The position numbers were made by a program, and so were the translations under genes. Below the pieces are notes generated by a model. It ran no database searches and was not told the origin of the DNA. It was given only the letters and a program-made list of their open reading frames with translations. This document shows, piece after piece, positions 55,296 through 64,000 of a DNA stretch of 64,000 nucleotides. The stretch is from Bacillota bacterium. Its GTDB lineage: Bacteria; Bacillota; Clostridia; Christensenellales; SZUA-584. Where the stretch lies: contig JAEWBO010000040.1 in the NCBI GenBank assembly GCA_023391105.1, positions 39,265 through 103,264 of the forward strand. Reading direction: 5' to 3'. Numbering within the stretch: position 1 is the first letter of the stretch; each line of letters starts with the position of its first letter.

Positions 55296-55574
55296 CTAGA
55301 GCCTTTCTATATCGACGATGTTGATCCTATCGTCCTCATAAAGATAATCGATGATGGTCTGCGTCTGGTGCTCTGCCGCTGTGTGACTGATGGCGGCCAG
55401 CGCGAATCCAAGCTGCGCCTTTTGCCATTTGCCGTCTTCCCCGCATTCCACAACAGACACGTTGAATCGGCTTTTGCAGCGCTCCTTTAAGCTTTTGACC
55501 ACGCTGCGCCTGTCTTTCAAGCTGGCCGCGCCAGGCACGGTCATGATCACCTCAAAACAGGAAGCATACATCAT
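55296..55574 (-). CDS. DUF503 (YlxP-like) protein
   Basis: 92 aa. ...PGAASLKDRRSVVKSLKERCKSRFNVSVVE... Confidence 0.7.
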   Translation of the reverse strand: MMYASCFEVIMTVPGAASLKDRRSVVKSLKERCKSRFNVSVVECGEDGKWQKAQLGFALAAISHTAAEHQTQTIIDYLYEDDRINIVDIERL

Positions 55575-57031
55575 CAGAGCACCTCAAGCACCGCGTCTCT
55601 GAGCGCGTCTTTGTCCTTGACGGCCGTGTGCCGGACAGGCTTGCTCTCGAGCGCTGTGATTTGCTGCGGCAGCGGTGTGCTTGTGAGCTTGCTCAAATGC
55701 CGTGCCATCTCAAAGCTGTCCATCCCTTTGGTATCCACGCCGAGTGAGCTTAATACATCAGCCGGGAACTTATATGGCGACGCGGTGGACACGATCACCG
55801 TTTTGGTGGCGTCACCGCTCTTTTTATATTTTTCGTATACGCCCATCGCCACAGCGGTGTGCGTATCCAGAAGATAGTTTTTCTCTTCAAACGTCTTCTT
55901 GATGCAGGCCATCGTTTCAGCTTCGTCGCACCAGTCCGCGTAAAACTCCGTTTCCAGCGCTTCGCGCGCCTTGCCGTCGATATCATAGCGGCCCTGTTCC
56001 TTAAGCTGACTCATCATCGCGTTCACCGCCTGCTCATCGCGCCCCACGAGCTCAAACAGCAGCCGTTCCAGATTGCTGGATATCAGAATATCCATCGATG
56101 GCGACATCGTTTTAAAAAACGGACGATCCAGTGTGTACGCGCCCTCCCGGAAGAAATCCGTGAGCACGTTGTTTTTGTTGGAGGCGCAAATCAGACGGTT
56201 TATCGGCAAGCCCATGCGCTTCGCGTAATACGCGGCGAGTATGTTGCCGAAGTTACCCGTGGGCACCACGAAGTTGATGCGTTCACCCTTCTCTATTTCG
56301 CCCTGTGCAAGCAGCTGCGCGTATGTGCCGATGTAGTAGGCAATCTGCGGCGCAAGCCGCCCGAAATTGATGGAGTTCGCAGACGATAAACTGTAACCCT
56401 TCTCTCCCACACGCGCGGCAAACGTGTTGTCGGTGAACATCGCTTTCACCGCGTTTTGCGCGTCATCGAAGTTGCCGCGCACAGCCACCACATGCGTGTT
56501 GGCGCCTTCCTGCGTCACCATCTGGAGCCGCTGCATATCCGACACGCCTTCGTTGGGGTAAAAAACGATGATCCTTGTGTGCGGCACATCGCAAAAGCCC
56601 TCAAGCGCGGCCTTGCCCGTGTCGCCCGAGGTCGCCACGAGTATCAGCACATCCGGGCCGCCGTCCATCGCGGCTGTCATGAGGCGCGGCAGTACGCTGA
56701 GCGCCATATCCTTAAACGCGAGGGTCGGCCCGTGCCACAGCTCCAGCACATATTCATTGTCCGCCGTTTTCTTGAGCGGCGCGACCTTTTCATCGTCGAA
56801 GCTTGCGTACGCGGCCTGCGTCAATGCATCAAGATCCTTGATATCGCCATAGAAAAGCCCAAGAAGCTTTGCGCACAACGCGGGATACGAAAGCGATGTG
56901 AAATCGCCAAGCGTCTCGATATCGGGAAATGAAGCGGGCACGTAAAGCCCGCCCTCGGGCGATATGCCCGCCAGTGTAGCGGCGGATGCCTCAAGGCGCT
57001 GCGCATTGTTTCTCGTACTGACCAGTATCAT
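55574..57031 (-). CDS. thrC: Threonine synthase (long form)
   Basis: ATG at 57031 after GGAGGA. ...GPTLAFKDMAL (PLP Lys)... About 485 aa. Confidence 0.9.
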   Translation of the reverse strand: MILVSTRNNAQRLEASAATLAGISPEGGLYVPASFPDIETLGDFTSLSYPALCAKLLGLFYGDIKDLDALTQAAYASFDDEKVAPLKKTADNEYVLELWHGPTLAFKDMALSVLPRLMTAAMDGGPDVLILVATSGDTGKAALEGFCDVPHTRIIVFYPNEGVSDMQRLQMVTQEGANTHVVAVRGNFDDAQNAVKAMFTDNTFAARVGEKGYSLSSANSINFGRLAPQIAYYIGTYAQLLAQGEIEKGERINFVVPTGNFGNILAAYYAKRMGLPINRLICASNKNNVLTDFFREGAYTLDRPFFKTMSPSMDILISSNLERLLFELVGRDEQAVNAMMSQLKEQGRYDIDGKAREALETEFYADWCDEAETMACIKKTFEEKNYLLDTHTAVAMGVYEKYKKSGDATKTVIVSTASPYKFPADVLSSLGVDTKGMDSFEMARHLSKLTSTPLPQQITALESKPVRHTAVKDKDALRDAVLEVL

Positions 57032-57082
57032 TTGTCGTCCTCCATACGTTTTTATCCCACTGACTTTTACGTCATCCATGAT

Positions 57083-57162
57083 CCAAAAAACAAACCTGCG
57101 CATACCGCATCGACTTACACGCTGCCCTTGTGGCTGCCTGAAAGCAATCGCGCTGCGCAGGT
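57083..57162 (-). terminator. Long-loop hairpin plus U-tract between the P-loop gene and thrC (terminator or attenuator)
   Basis: Reverse strand: acctgcgca, 51-nt loop, tgcgcaggt, followed by TTGTTTTTT. Confidence 0.4.
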
Positions 57163-57219
57163 CTTAGGGAAATGCTGAGTCATTCAGCATATCTCATTTA
57201 ATCAGTATTTCCTTCTTAT

Positions 57220-57624
57220 CTATTTCGCGATATATTTGTCCATATACTCTGGCACATCTTCGTTGCCGCTGATGACGAGATACGCGTTGATATCCGAGAA
57301 AAGCGTATCAAAGCTCTCAAGCAGGATTCTTAGCTCATCACTGTCGTATTTGGCCATCTTCTTAAGGCCGTCTATGTAAATTGAAGAAATATCGAAATCA
57401 CGCGATAGAATACCGCATACAAAACCATAGAGCTTGTCAGGATTGTTGATGCTATAGTCGGCTGTGTTGATGAAACGAATTTCGTGCTTTAAATCATACA
57501 TACAGCGGTTGTTGTCATCGAGATAAACGATGTTGCCCTTTGCGGTATTCACATCAGCATTCGCCATATCCAATAGTTTTTTTGATTTGCCGCTGCCCTT
57601 TTTTCCGTAGATTAAATGTATCAT
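57220..57624 (-). CDS. Small stand-alone P-loop protein of unknown function
   Basis: ATG at 57624 after AAGGAG. MIHLIYGKKGSGKSKKLLDMA (Walker A). ...IVYLDDNN (Walker B-like). 134 aa. Confidence 0.55.
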   Translation of the reverse strand: MIHLIYGKKGSGKSKKLLDMANADVNTAKGNIVYLDDNNRCMYDLKHEIRFINTADYSINNPDKLYGFVCGILSRDFDISSIYIDGLKKMAKYDSDELRILLESFDTLFSDINAYLVISGNEDVPEYMDKYIAK

Positions 57625-57880
57625 GCTGGCATCACTCCTTTGGTTTTTTTCCATTATACAATGTTTTCAAGGTTTATTCTACTCCAAAATAGACATTTTT
57701 GATTGTAAAAACAGTTATCTTTGATGTCATCAATGTGCGCCATGTCTTACATCTTTCCCTAACTTCAATTATTAAGAGCACAGACTAAAAACTTTTAAGA
57801 AATATTTGTATTGTGTGAAAAATATGTTGTTCGTGACGTAACGTCACATGTTACAATACATATCAGGAGGCATGGAAAAA

Positions 57881-58669
57881 ATGAACAAAGATTTTTTAAC
57901 CGTGGGCGAACTTGCCAAGGAAATGGGCGTTACCGTTCGCACGCTTCAGTTCTATGACAAAGAAGGCTTGCTTGTCTCCTCCGCAAAGAGCGAAGGAGGC
58001 CGAAGGCTGTATTCCAAAAAGGATATGGTGAAGCTGCATCAAATTCTGTCGCTCAAGTATTTGGGGTTCTCCCTCGAAGAAATCAAAACCAAGCTGCTAC
58101 CGCTTGACAGCCCCGAGGATGTGGCGCAGAGTCTAAGAAAGCAGAAGCTCATTATCGCAGAGCAAATCAGAGAGCTCAGCACGGTGGCCGATGCGATCGA
58201 CTCGCTGATTGATGAGGTAACCCAAATGAAAGAGGTCAATTTCGACAAATACGCAAGTATCGTGGCGCTCTTAAGACAGAACAATAAACACTATTGGATG
58301 TTCAAGCTGTTTGACGAAAAGCTCATGGATCACGTACGCGACAAATTCCTTGTTGAGCCGCAAAAGGGAACCATGCTTCATCAGACATACCACGTCATAC
58401 TCGACGAGACAATAGCGCTGCTGCAAAAGGGCGTTTCCCCTGAGAGCGAGCAAGGCCTTGAGCTCGCAAAGCAATGGTGGGACATGATTATGGATTTTAC
58501 CGGCGGCGACTTCAATCTGCTGCCTGAGCTCATTAAGTTCAATGAAAGCAAGCAGGGCTGGGATGAAAATGTAGCCAAAAAGCAAGAACAAGCCGACGAA
58601 TTCCTCGGTCAGGCACTAACCGCATATTTTGCGCAGCAGGGCATGAATATACCGCATATGGACGATTAG
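57881..58669 (+). CDS. MerR-family transcriptional regulator with TipAS-like C-terminal domain
   Basis: LTVGELAKEMGVTVRTLQFYDKEGLL. ATG at 57881 after AGGAGG. Confidence 0.85.
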   Translation: MNKDFLTVGELAKEMGVTVRTLQFYDKEGLLVSSAKSEGGRRLYSKKDMVKLHQILSLKYLGFSLEEIKTKLLPLDSPEDVAQSLRKQKLIIAEQIRELSTVADAIDSLIDEVTQMKEVNFDKYASIVALLRQNNKHYWMFKLFDEKLMDHVRDKFLVEPQKGTMLHQTYHVILDETIALLQKGVSPESEQGLELAKQWWDMIMDFTGGDFNLLPELIKFNESKQGWDENVAKKQEQADEFLGQALTAYFAQQGMNIPHMDD

Positions 58670-58682
58670 TATGGAGGGTTTT

Positions 58683-59546
58683 ATGAAAAGTATGATTGAA
58701 GTCAATTCACTGGAAAAACGATACGGCGAAAGCAGCGTGCTTAAGGGCATATCGTTTGATGTGTTGCAGGGCGAAATCTTCGCGCTGCTCGGCACAAACG
58801 GTGCCGGAAAAACCACAACCTTGGAGTGTATCGAGGGCATCCGCAGGTATCAAGGCGGCGATATTCGTGTGAACGGCAAAATCGGCGTTCAGCTGCAGTC
58901 CACATCGCTGCCCGAGCACATGAGGGCATTCGAGGCGCTGAAGTTGTTTTCCAAATGGAGCCGCACATCCATTGATGCGGATTTTGTGCGGCGGCTGGGC
59001 CTCCAGGAGTTCAAAAACAAAGCGTATAAAGACATGTCCACCGGACAGAAACGGCGGCTGCACCTCGCGCTTGCAATGGTCGGCGATCCCGATATCGTGT
59101 TTCTCGACGAACCCACTGCGGGGCTCGATGTGGAGGGGCGCGCTGCGTTGCATGCCGAGATCAGAGCGCTGAAGCAGCAGGGGAAAACTGTGATACTCGC
59201 AAGCCATGACATGGCGGAGGTGGAATCGCTCTGTGACCGCATTGCGATACTCAAGGATGGCCTCATCGCGTTTATCGGGACAGCGAATGAGCTCACGCAG
59301 CAGCTTCAGGATACATTTAAGATTCTCATCAAGCTTTCGATGCCGATACCGTTTGACAGCTTAAAAAGCGTCACCCGTTTGGGAGACCATCAGGGTTATG
59401 AAATGTTTGAGACGATGAGCCTTGAAGACGGCCTCGCAGAGCTGCTCGCCGCCGCCAAGGAAAAAGGCGCACATGTGCGCGACATTAAAATTGAGCACGC
59501 TAGCTTGGAACAACGGTTTTTGGACATCGCGAAGGAGGAAAAATGA
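58683..59546 (+). CDS. ABC transporter ATP-binding protein
   Basis: GTNGAGKTT Walker A, MSTGQKRRL signature, FLDEPTAGLD Walker B. Confidence 0.9.
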   Translation: MKSMIEVNSLEKRYGESSVLKGISFDVLQGEIFALLGTNGAGKTTTLECIEGIRRYQGGDIRVNGKIGVQLQSTSLPEHMRAFEALKLFSKWSRTSIDADFVRRLGLQEFKNKAYKDMSTGQKRRLHLALAMVGDPDIVFLDEPTAGLDVEGRAALHAEIRALKQQGKTVILASHDMAEVESLCDRIAILKDGLIAFIGTANELTQQLQDTFKILIKLSMPIPFDSLKSVTRLGDHQGYEMFETMSLEDGLAELLAAAKEKGAHVRDIKIEHASLEQRFLDIAKEEK

Positions 59547-60262
59547 TGAACGCATTTTTATATGGAATTGGTTTGCAGTGGAAGCTCGATCTGCGCAACA
59601 AGGGCGTGCTGCTCACATATTATATGGTGCCTGTGATTTTTTTCTTGTTTATAAGCGGCATATTCACCTCGATCAATCCCGAGGCCTACAAGACGCTGAT
59701 TCCGGCAATGACAGTATTCGGCGTATCTATGGGCGCGTTTCTGGGTGCCCCTGCCCCGCTCATCGAGCTTTACGGCAGCGAAATGAAAAAGGCCTACAAA
59801 GTGGGCGGCATTCCACTATGGACGGCGGCTTTAGGCAACCTCATTTCCGGCCTCATCCATCTCATGATCATGAGCACAGTTATATATCTGATCGCGCCAT
59901 TCGCGTTTCATGCCGAATTGCCCGTTTACGCTCTCACCTATTTCGCTAAGCTTGCGGTCTTCATCACCGCATGCTTATCCATCGGCACGCTGGTGGGGCT
60001 TTTTGTCAAAAGCAGCTCCAAGCTCACCATGATATCTCAAATCATCTTTCTGCCGTCCATCATGCTTTCTGGCATCATGTTCCCTGCTGATATGCTGCCG
60101 CAGACGATGCAAAGCATCGGCCGGATATTTCCCGCCACATGGGGCTTTGAGAGCCTTTGCAGCAGCGAATGGGATGCGGCAGGCTTGCTGGTGCTCATCG
60201 GCATCATCGTTGCGGCCGGGCTTGTCAGTGCTTGGCGGATCAAAAAGCTCCAAGCCGATTAA
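59543..60262 (+). CDS. ABC-2 type transporter permease
   Basis: 239 aa, 6 TM. 4-nt overlap with the ATPase gene. Confidence 0.75.
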   Translation: MMNAFLYGIGLQWKLDLRNKGVLLTYYMVPVIFFLFISGIFTSINPEAYKTLIPAMTVFGVSMGAFLGAPAPLIELYGSEMKKAYKVGGIPLWTAALGNLISGLIHLMIMSTVIYLIAPFAFHAELPVYALTYFAKLAVFITACLSIGTLVGLFVKSSSKLTMISQIIFLPSIMLSGIMFPADMLPQTMQSIGRIFPATWGFESLCSSEWDAAGLLVLIGIIVAAGLVSAWRIKKLQAD

Positions 60263-60369
60263 AACGACAAAACATAATAGCGCTTTATAATGCGTTTCCC
60301 ACCCCTGTCACCTGTCGGCGCCAGCCCCTCATCCGAAGGGGCTGGCTGTGCAAGGCTTGCAGACAAGCG

Positions 60370-60402
60370 AGGCCGGTGCCAAAACGGCATCGGCCTTGTT
60401 TT
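60370..60402 (+). terminator. Intrinsic terminator after the ABC-2 permease gene
   Basis: aggccg...cggcct stem followed by TGTTTT. A second strong hairpin gccagcccct/aggggctggc lies at 60320-60346. Confidence 0.5.
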
Positions 60403-60420
60403 AACCCCCATTTGAGTCTA

Positions 60421-62127
60421 TCACCACTTAACGATACGGTAATATACCTTGGCTGTCAGTGTGTAAACAATCAGATACAACAGCACAAACACCGCACAGA
60501 CACCGCCGATGCACGAGAGCACCAACCCCCAATCAAAGAGCATAAACGTCTGAAGCATGCGCGCCATGATCTTGGACGCAAACACCATGTGCAATATCGT
60601 CATGCCGAGCGGTATGAAGAACACCCAAAGCACCTGTCTGTTGATCGTGGCCTTCACCTGCTTGTCGTCCATACCCACCTTTTGCAATATCTCAAACTGC
60701 GCCTTGTCCTCATACCCTTCCGATATCTGCTTGAAGTAGATGATCAGCACCGTGACGGCCAGAAACAATACACCGAAGAACGCCCCGAGGAACAGCAGCC
60801 CGCCGTATAGCCCGTAACCGTCTTGACGTGCCGTGAACACATCGCTCACAAAATGCGAGCCCTCCGGAAAGGCTTGATTGGTAAGCGCCTGCAGACTGCT
60901 TACAAACGCAAGGCAATCCTCTTCGCTGCCATCCACATCAAATCGCATACCGCCGTTAAAGTAAATGAGATTCGGTGTATCCACCCATTTGGCGTCCGGA
61001 CTCACATAGTTGTTTCTTTCAAACTCTCCTTGCTTTTCGTATATCAGCTTGTCTTTATCCGCGCTCAGCGTCACGCCATTTTCCTGCGCCAGCGCCGTAA
61101 TCGCGCTGTCAAAATCGCGCACTGCCTGCTCATCGGTGTCTTTTTCAGTGCGCACAAGCACATCGTATGGATGCATCCCTGCGAGCATTTCCTCTTGCCC
61201 TAAGTAGAGCGAGAGCGTTCCGGCAACAGTGACGATCAGCATCGTTGAAAGTATGCAGATGGTCGCGAGAGATTTGGCGTTTTGCCGCATGCGCTGGAAC
61301 ATGCCGCCGATCGCGATAAAGTTGCGCGGCTTATAGTAGAGCTTTTTGTTGGCTCGAAGTGCCCGCAGCGCCGAAATACTGCCCGATGTAAACAGTATGT
61401 TCGTGGCGATTATCACCAGTATCGCGAGCAGGAAGAATACACCCAGCGCAACCCCGGGCTGCACGATGCTCCACGCGTAATAGTAAGCCGCCGCAAGGCA
61501 GATCACGCCAAGTATCGTCAGCGGTATCATGAGCTTGGAATCCTTTTCGCCCTTCTTTTCGCTGCTCATCAGCTCGATCGGACTTGAGACCCTCACCTGC
61601 CGCAAATTCAGCAGAGAGGTCATCACAAAGATGCCGAAAAACAGCAGCAGCATGATGGTATATGCTGTGGGCGCAATGGAAAAAACGCTCCCCGGCACAG
61701 CATGTATCATTTTTATCAGCACCAGAAACAGCAGTCTGCCAAACACCAGCGCGATAATAATACCGCAGATAACGCCCGCACCCAGAGTGAGCAGGTTCTC
61801 CCAAACAAGCACACGCGCCACATGGCGTTTCTCGAGGCCGAGTATGCCATAAAGCCCAAACTCCCTTTTGCGCCGGCCAATTAAAAAGTTGTTGATGTAT
61901 ATCATGAAAAAGAACGCGAATATACCAAACACCACAAGTCCGAAGGAAAACAGCCCCATTGCCGTCTGGCCTGTCGGCAGATTGGCAAGCCCATCCGAAA
62001 ACATAAGCCCTGCAATCAACAAAAATACGCCGCTGATGATGGCCGTTGTGAGAATATACGGAAAGAAGGTTTTGCGGTTGCGGAGAATGTTACTCCACGC
62101 CAGCCGCAGATAGAACGCTTTAAGCAA
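60421..62127 (-). CDS. BceB-type FtsX-domain ABC permease (peptide-antibiotic sensing/resistance)
   Basis: 10 TM with a large extracellular loop. Start probably TTG at 62127 (GGAGGTG 6 nt upstream), alternatively ATG at 62142. Confidence 0.8.
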   Translation of the reverse strand: MLKAFYLRLAWSNILRNRKTFFPYILTTAIISGVFLLIAGLMFSDGLANLPTGQTAMGLFSFGLVVFGIFAFFFMIYINNFLIGRRKREFGLYGILGLEKRHVARVLVWENLLTLGAGVICGIIIALVFGRLLFLVLIKMIHAVPGSVFSIAPTAYTIMLLLFFGIFVMTSLLNLRQVRVSSPIELMSSEKKGEKDSKLMIPLTILGVICLAAAYYYAWSIVQPGVALGVFFLLAILVIIATNILFTSGSISALRALRANKKLYYKPRNFIAIGGMFQRMRQNAKSLATICILSTMLIVTVAGTLSLYLGQEEMLAGMHPYDVLVRTEKDTDEQAVRDFDSAITALAQENGVTLSADKDKLIYEKQGEFERNNYVSPDAKWVDTPNLIYFNGGMRFDVDGSEEDCLAFVSSLQALTNQAFPEGSHFVSDVFTARQDGYGLYGGLLFLGAFFGVLFLAVTVLIIYFKQISEGYEDKAQFEILQKVGMDDKQVKATINRQVLWVFFIPLGMTILHMVFASKIMARMLQTFMLFDWGLVLSCIGGVCAVFVLLYLIVYTLTAKVYYRIVKW

Positions 62128-62887
62128 TGTCCGCACCTCCATCCGACAACACGGAAAGATTGGCCACGATGCGTTCGAAGAATGCGTGGTTGTCGTTGTC
62201 GCCGCGGTATATTTGCGAGAAAATTTCACCGTCACGGATAAATAGCACGCGCGAGGCGTAGCTGGCCGCAAACGCGCTGTGCGTCACCATCAATATGGTC
62301 TTACCGTCCATGTTAAGCGCATGAAAATTGCCCAGCAGGTTCGCAGACGCTTTGGAATCGAGCGCCCCCGTCGGTTCGTCGGCCAGTATCAGCCGCGGGT
62401 CGGTAATCACCGCGCGCGCCACGGCGGCACGCTGTTTTTCACCGCCCGATACTTCATATGGAAATTTGGCTAGCAGTTTTTCGATACCAAGCATATTCGC
62501 AATAGGCAGAATGCGTTTCTCCATCTCGGCAATCGGCGTTTGCGAGAGCACAAGCGGCAGCAGTATGTTGTCCTTTAATGAAAAGGTATCGAGCAGATTG
62601 AAATCCTGGAATACAAACCCCAAGTGCTTTCTGCGAAATTCGGACAGCTCGCGGTCGCGAATGGCCGAAAAACCTTTTCCGTCCAGCATCACGTCGCCTT
62701 CAGTGGGGCGATCAAGCGAGGCGATGATATTGAGCAGCGTTGTCTTGCCGCTGCCCGACGGCCCCATGATGGCCACGAACTCGCCCTCGCTCACGTCAAA
62801 GCTCACATGATTCAATGCGATGCATTGCTGCATGCGAAGCTTCATGTTGTAAATCTTTTTTACATTGCTGACCTTTAACAGTTCCAT
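62120..62887 (-). CDS. BceA-type ABC ATP-binding protein
   Basis: ATG at 62887 after GGAGGA. GPSGSGKTT, VSGGEKQRAAVARA, ILADEPTGALD. Confidence 0.9.
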   Translation of the reverse strand: MELLKVSNVKKIYNMKLRMQQCIALNHVSFDVSEGEFVAIMGPSGSGKTTLLNIIASLDRPTEGDVMLDGKGFSAIRDRELSEFRRKHLGFVFQDFNLLDTFSLKDNILLPLVLSQTPIAEMEKRILPIANMLGIEKLLAKFPYEVSGGEKQRAAVARAVITDPRLILADEPTGALDSKASANLLGNFHALNMDGKTILMVTHSAFAASYASRVLFIRDGEIFSQIYRGDNDNHAFFERIVANLSVLSDGGADIA

Positions 62888-62987
62888 TGTCATCCTCCAA
62901 AATCGATTATGGAAACATGATATTATGAAAAAAGCCACGCTTCCATCGCGCTGGCTTACGTTTCAGACGTCAAAACGAACATTTTTG

Positions 62988-63977
62988 TCACATAAAGATG
63001 TCACTGCGGGCTTGGGGAAAAGCCAGCGTTACCTTCGTGCCCATGCCGACCTTGGAATCAACGGTTATCGTGATGCCAAGCGCATCCGCTGCCTTCTTGG
63101 CAAGATAAAGACCGATTCCAGACGCGCGGTTATCAAGCCTGCCGTTGCAGCCCGTATAGCCCTTCATGAATATTCTGGGCAGATCCTCAGCGCGTATACC
63201 GATGCCCGTATCTTCAATGACCAGTTTTTCGTTTTGCAAATAAATCTTCACCCCGCCGGTATATGTGTACTTGATTGCGTTGGAAAGAATCTGCTCGAGT
63301 ATGAAGCCAAGCCATCTTTTGTCGCTCATCACTTTTTTGTCTGTCGGAACCATGTCCAGCGACAGCTTTTGATATACAAACAGCACCGCATATTTTTTTA
63401 CGCTTGCTGATACGATGTCTTCCAGGAAACAGCGCTCGATCACCAGGTCGGACGAGATATCCGTCAGCTTGACGTATCGAAGCGCGAGATCGGCGTACTG
63501 TTCAATTTTGAACAGCTCCTGCTTGATCACGCCTGCCGTATCGCCGTCCATATTTTGCAGCACAAGGCTTAGCCCCGCGATGGGCGTCTTGATCTGGTGA
63601 ACCCAAAGCGTATAGTATTCCAAGGAGTCGTTGCGGGCTGTGTCAAGCTGCTTTTTGATGGTATCGTATGCACTGCCGAGTTCCTGTAAGCAGCGCACAT
63701 AATCGGCCTCCAGCGCATTAATCGGCTCCGGCAGCTCGCGGGATGCGTGGTAGAGCGTCGCGGACAAGCCTTCCAGTATGCGCATGCGCCGCATATAGCG
63801 TATGCCGCCGATAAACAGTATCAGAACGAGAAAGAAGCCCATGAGCCCCACCGTATACCAGGCATATACCATGCTCTGATTAACCAGAAACTGAACAAGC
63901 AGTGTGAGCGCAGCTGCTAGTAAAAAGAAGAAAATAAGCGTCAAACGGTATTTGAGATACGAGAGCAGCTTAATCAT
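62988..63977 (-). CDS. BceS-type intramembrane-sensing histidine kinase
   Basis: 2 TM with a minimal loop. H-box WVHQIKTPI. N/G boxes (LSNAIKYT, DTGIGI, GIGLYL). Confidence 0.85.
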   Translation of the reverse strand: MIKLLSYLKYRLTLIFFFLLAAALTLLVQFLVNQSMVYAWYTVGLMGFFLVLILFIGGIRYMRRMRILEGLSATLYHASRELPEPINALEADYVRCLQELGSAYDTIKKQLDTARNDSLEYYTLWVHQIKTPIAGLSLVLQNMDGDTAGVIKQELFKIEQYADLALRYVKLTDISSDLVIERCFLEDIVSASVKKYAVLFVYQKLSLDMVPTDKKVMSDKRWLGFILEQILSNAIKYTYTGGVKIYLQNEKLVIEDTGIGIRAEDLPRIFMKGYTGCNGRLDNRASGIGLYLAKKAADALGITITVDSKVGMGTKVTLAFPQARSDIFM

Positions 63978-64000
63978 GAACAGCGTATCCCTTCCCTTTG
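63970..64000 (-). CDS. OmpR-family response regulator, last 9 codons only
   Basis: Reverse strand reads ...KGKGYAVHD*. Its 3' end (TGATTAA) overlaps the kinase ATG by 8 nt. Confidence 0.6.
   Translation of the reverse strand, partial: KGKGYAVHD

Overview
64-kb chromosomal window that looks like a spore-forming Firmicute of class Clostridia. This placement is an inference from a perfect CIRCE operator, the ireB-ruvX-DUF1292 order, CotJC/CotH/YjcZ-like genes and overall composition. I support about 70 protein-coding genes. I saw no rRNA, tRNA, CRISPR array, intact transposase or integrase. Housekeeping blocks: groES (partial) with CIRCE, comEB, parE-parC, a PBP5-type carboxypeptidase, ireB-ruvX-DUF1292, Rrf2-nifS-nifU, tadA, rmuC, and thrC-DUF503-trpS-HAD. 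Accessory or unusual content, in my order of interest: (1) an AT-rich four-gene island at 7583-12763 encoding a DUF4956 membrane protein, a TM-anchored CotH kinase, a TM-anchored beta-helix protein and a VTC polyphosphate-polymerase domain. I read it as a split, uncharacterised VTC-like polyP synthesis/export module coupled to surface enzymes. (2) An 810-aa protein (22535-24967) with an extracytoplasmic trypsin-like protease, a TM segment, a truncated cytoplasmic pseudokinase, a second TM segment and extracytoplasmic TPR-like repeats. (3) A ~150-nt palindromic non-coding element present twice in inverted orientation (28.1 kb and 43.3 kb), each copy bracketed by a locus-specific duplicated terminator-like hairpin. 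(4) A classical family-1 encapsulin with EncFtn cargo (26793-27986). (5) A DUF5685 / J-domain protein with Cys-rich tail / membrane protein operon. (6) A tandemly duplicated Gly/Cys-rich mini-protein. (7) A doubly degenerate GGDEF / HD-GYP protein. (8) A bactofilin with an acidic repeat tail, coupled to an unknown membrane-anchored protein. (9) A CoA-disulfide-reductase-rhodanese fusion whose canonical redox Cys is displaced. (10) A 6S-like rod-shaped candidate RNA in a long convergent intergenic gap. All family assignments come from reading motifs by eye and from memory of those families. None was verified by a search.
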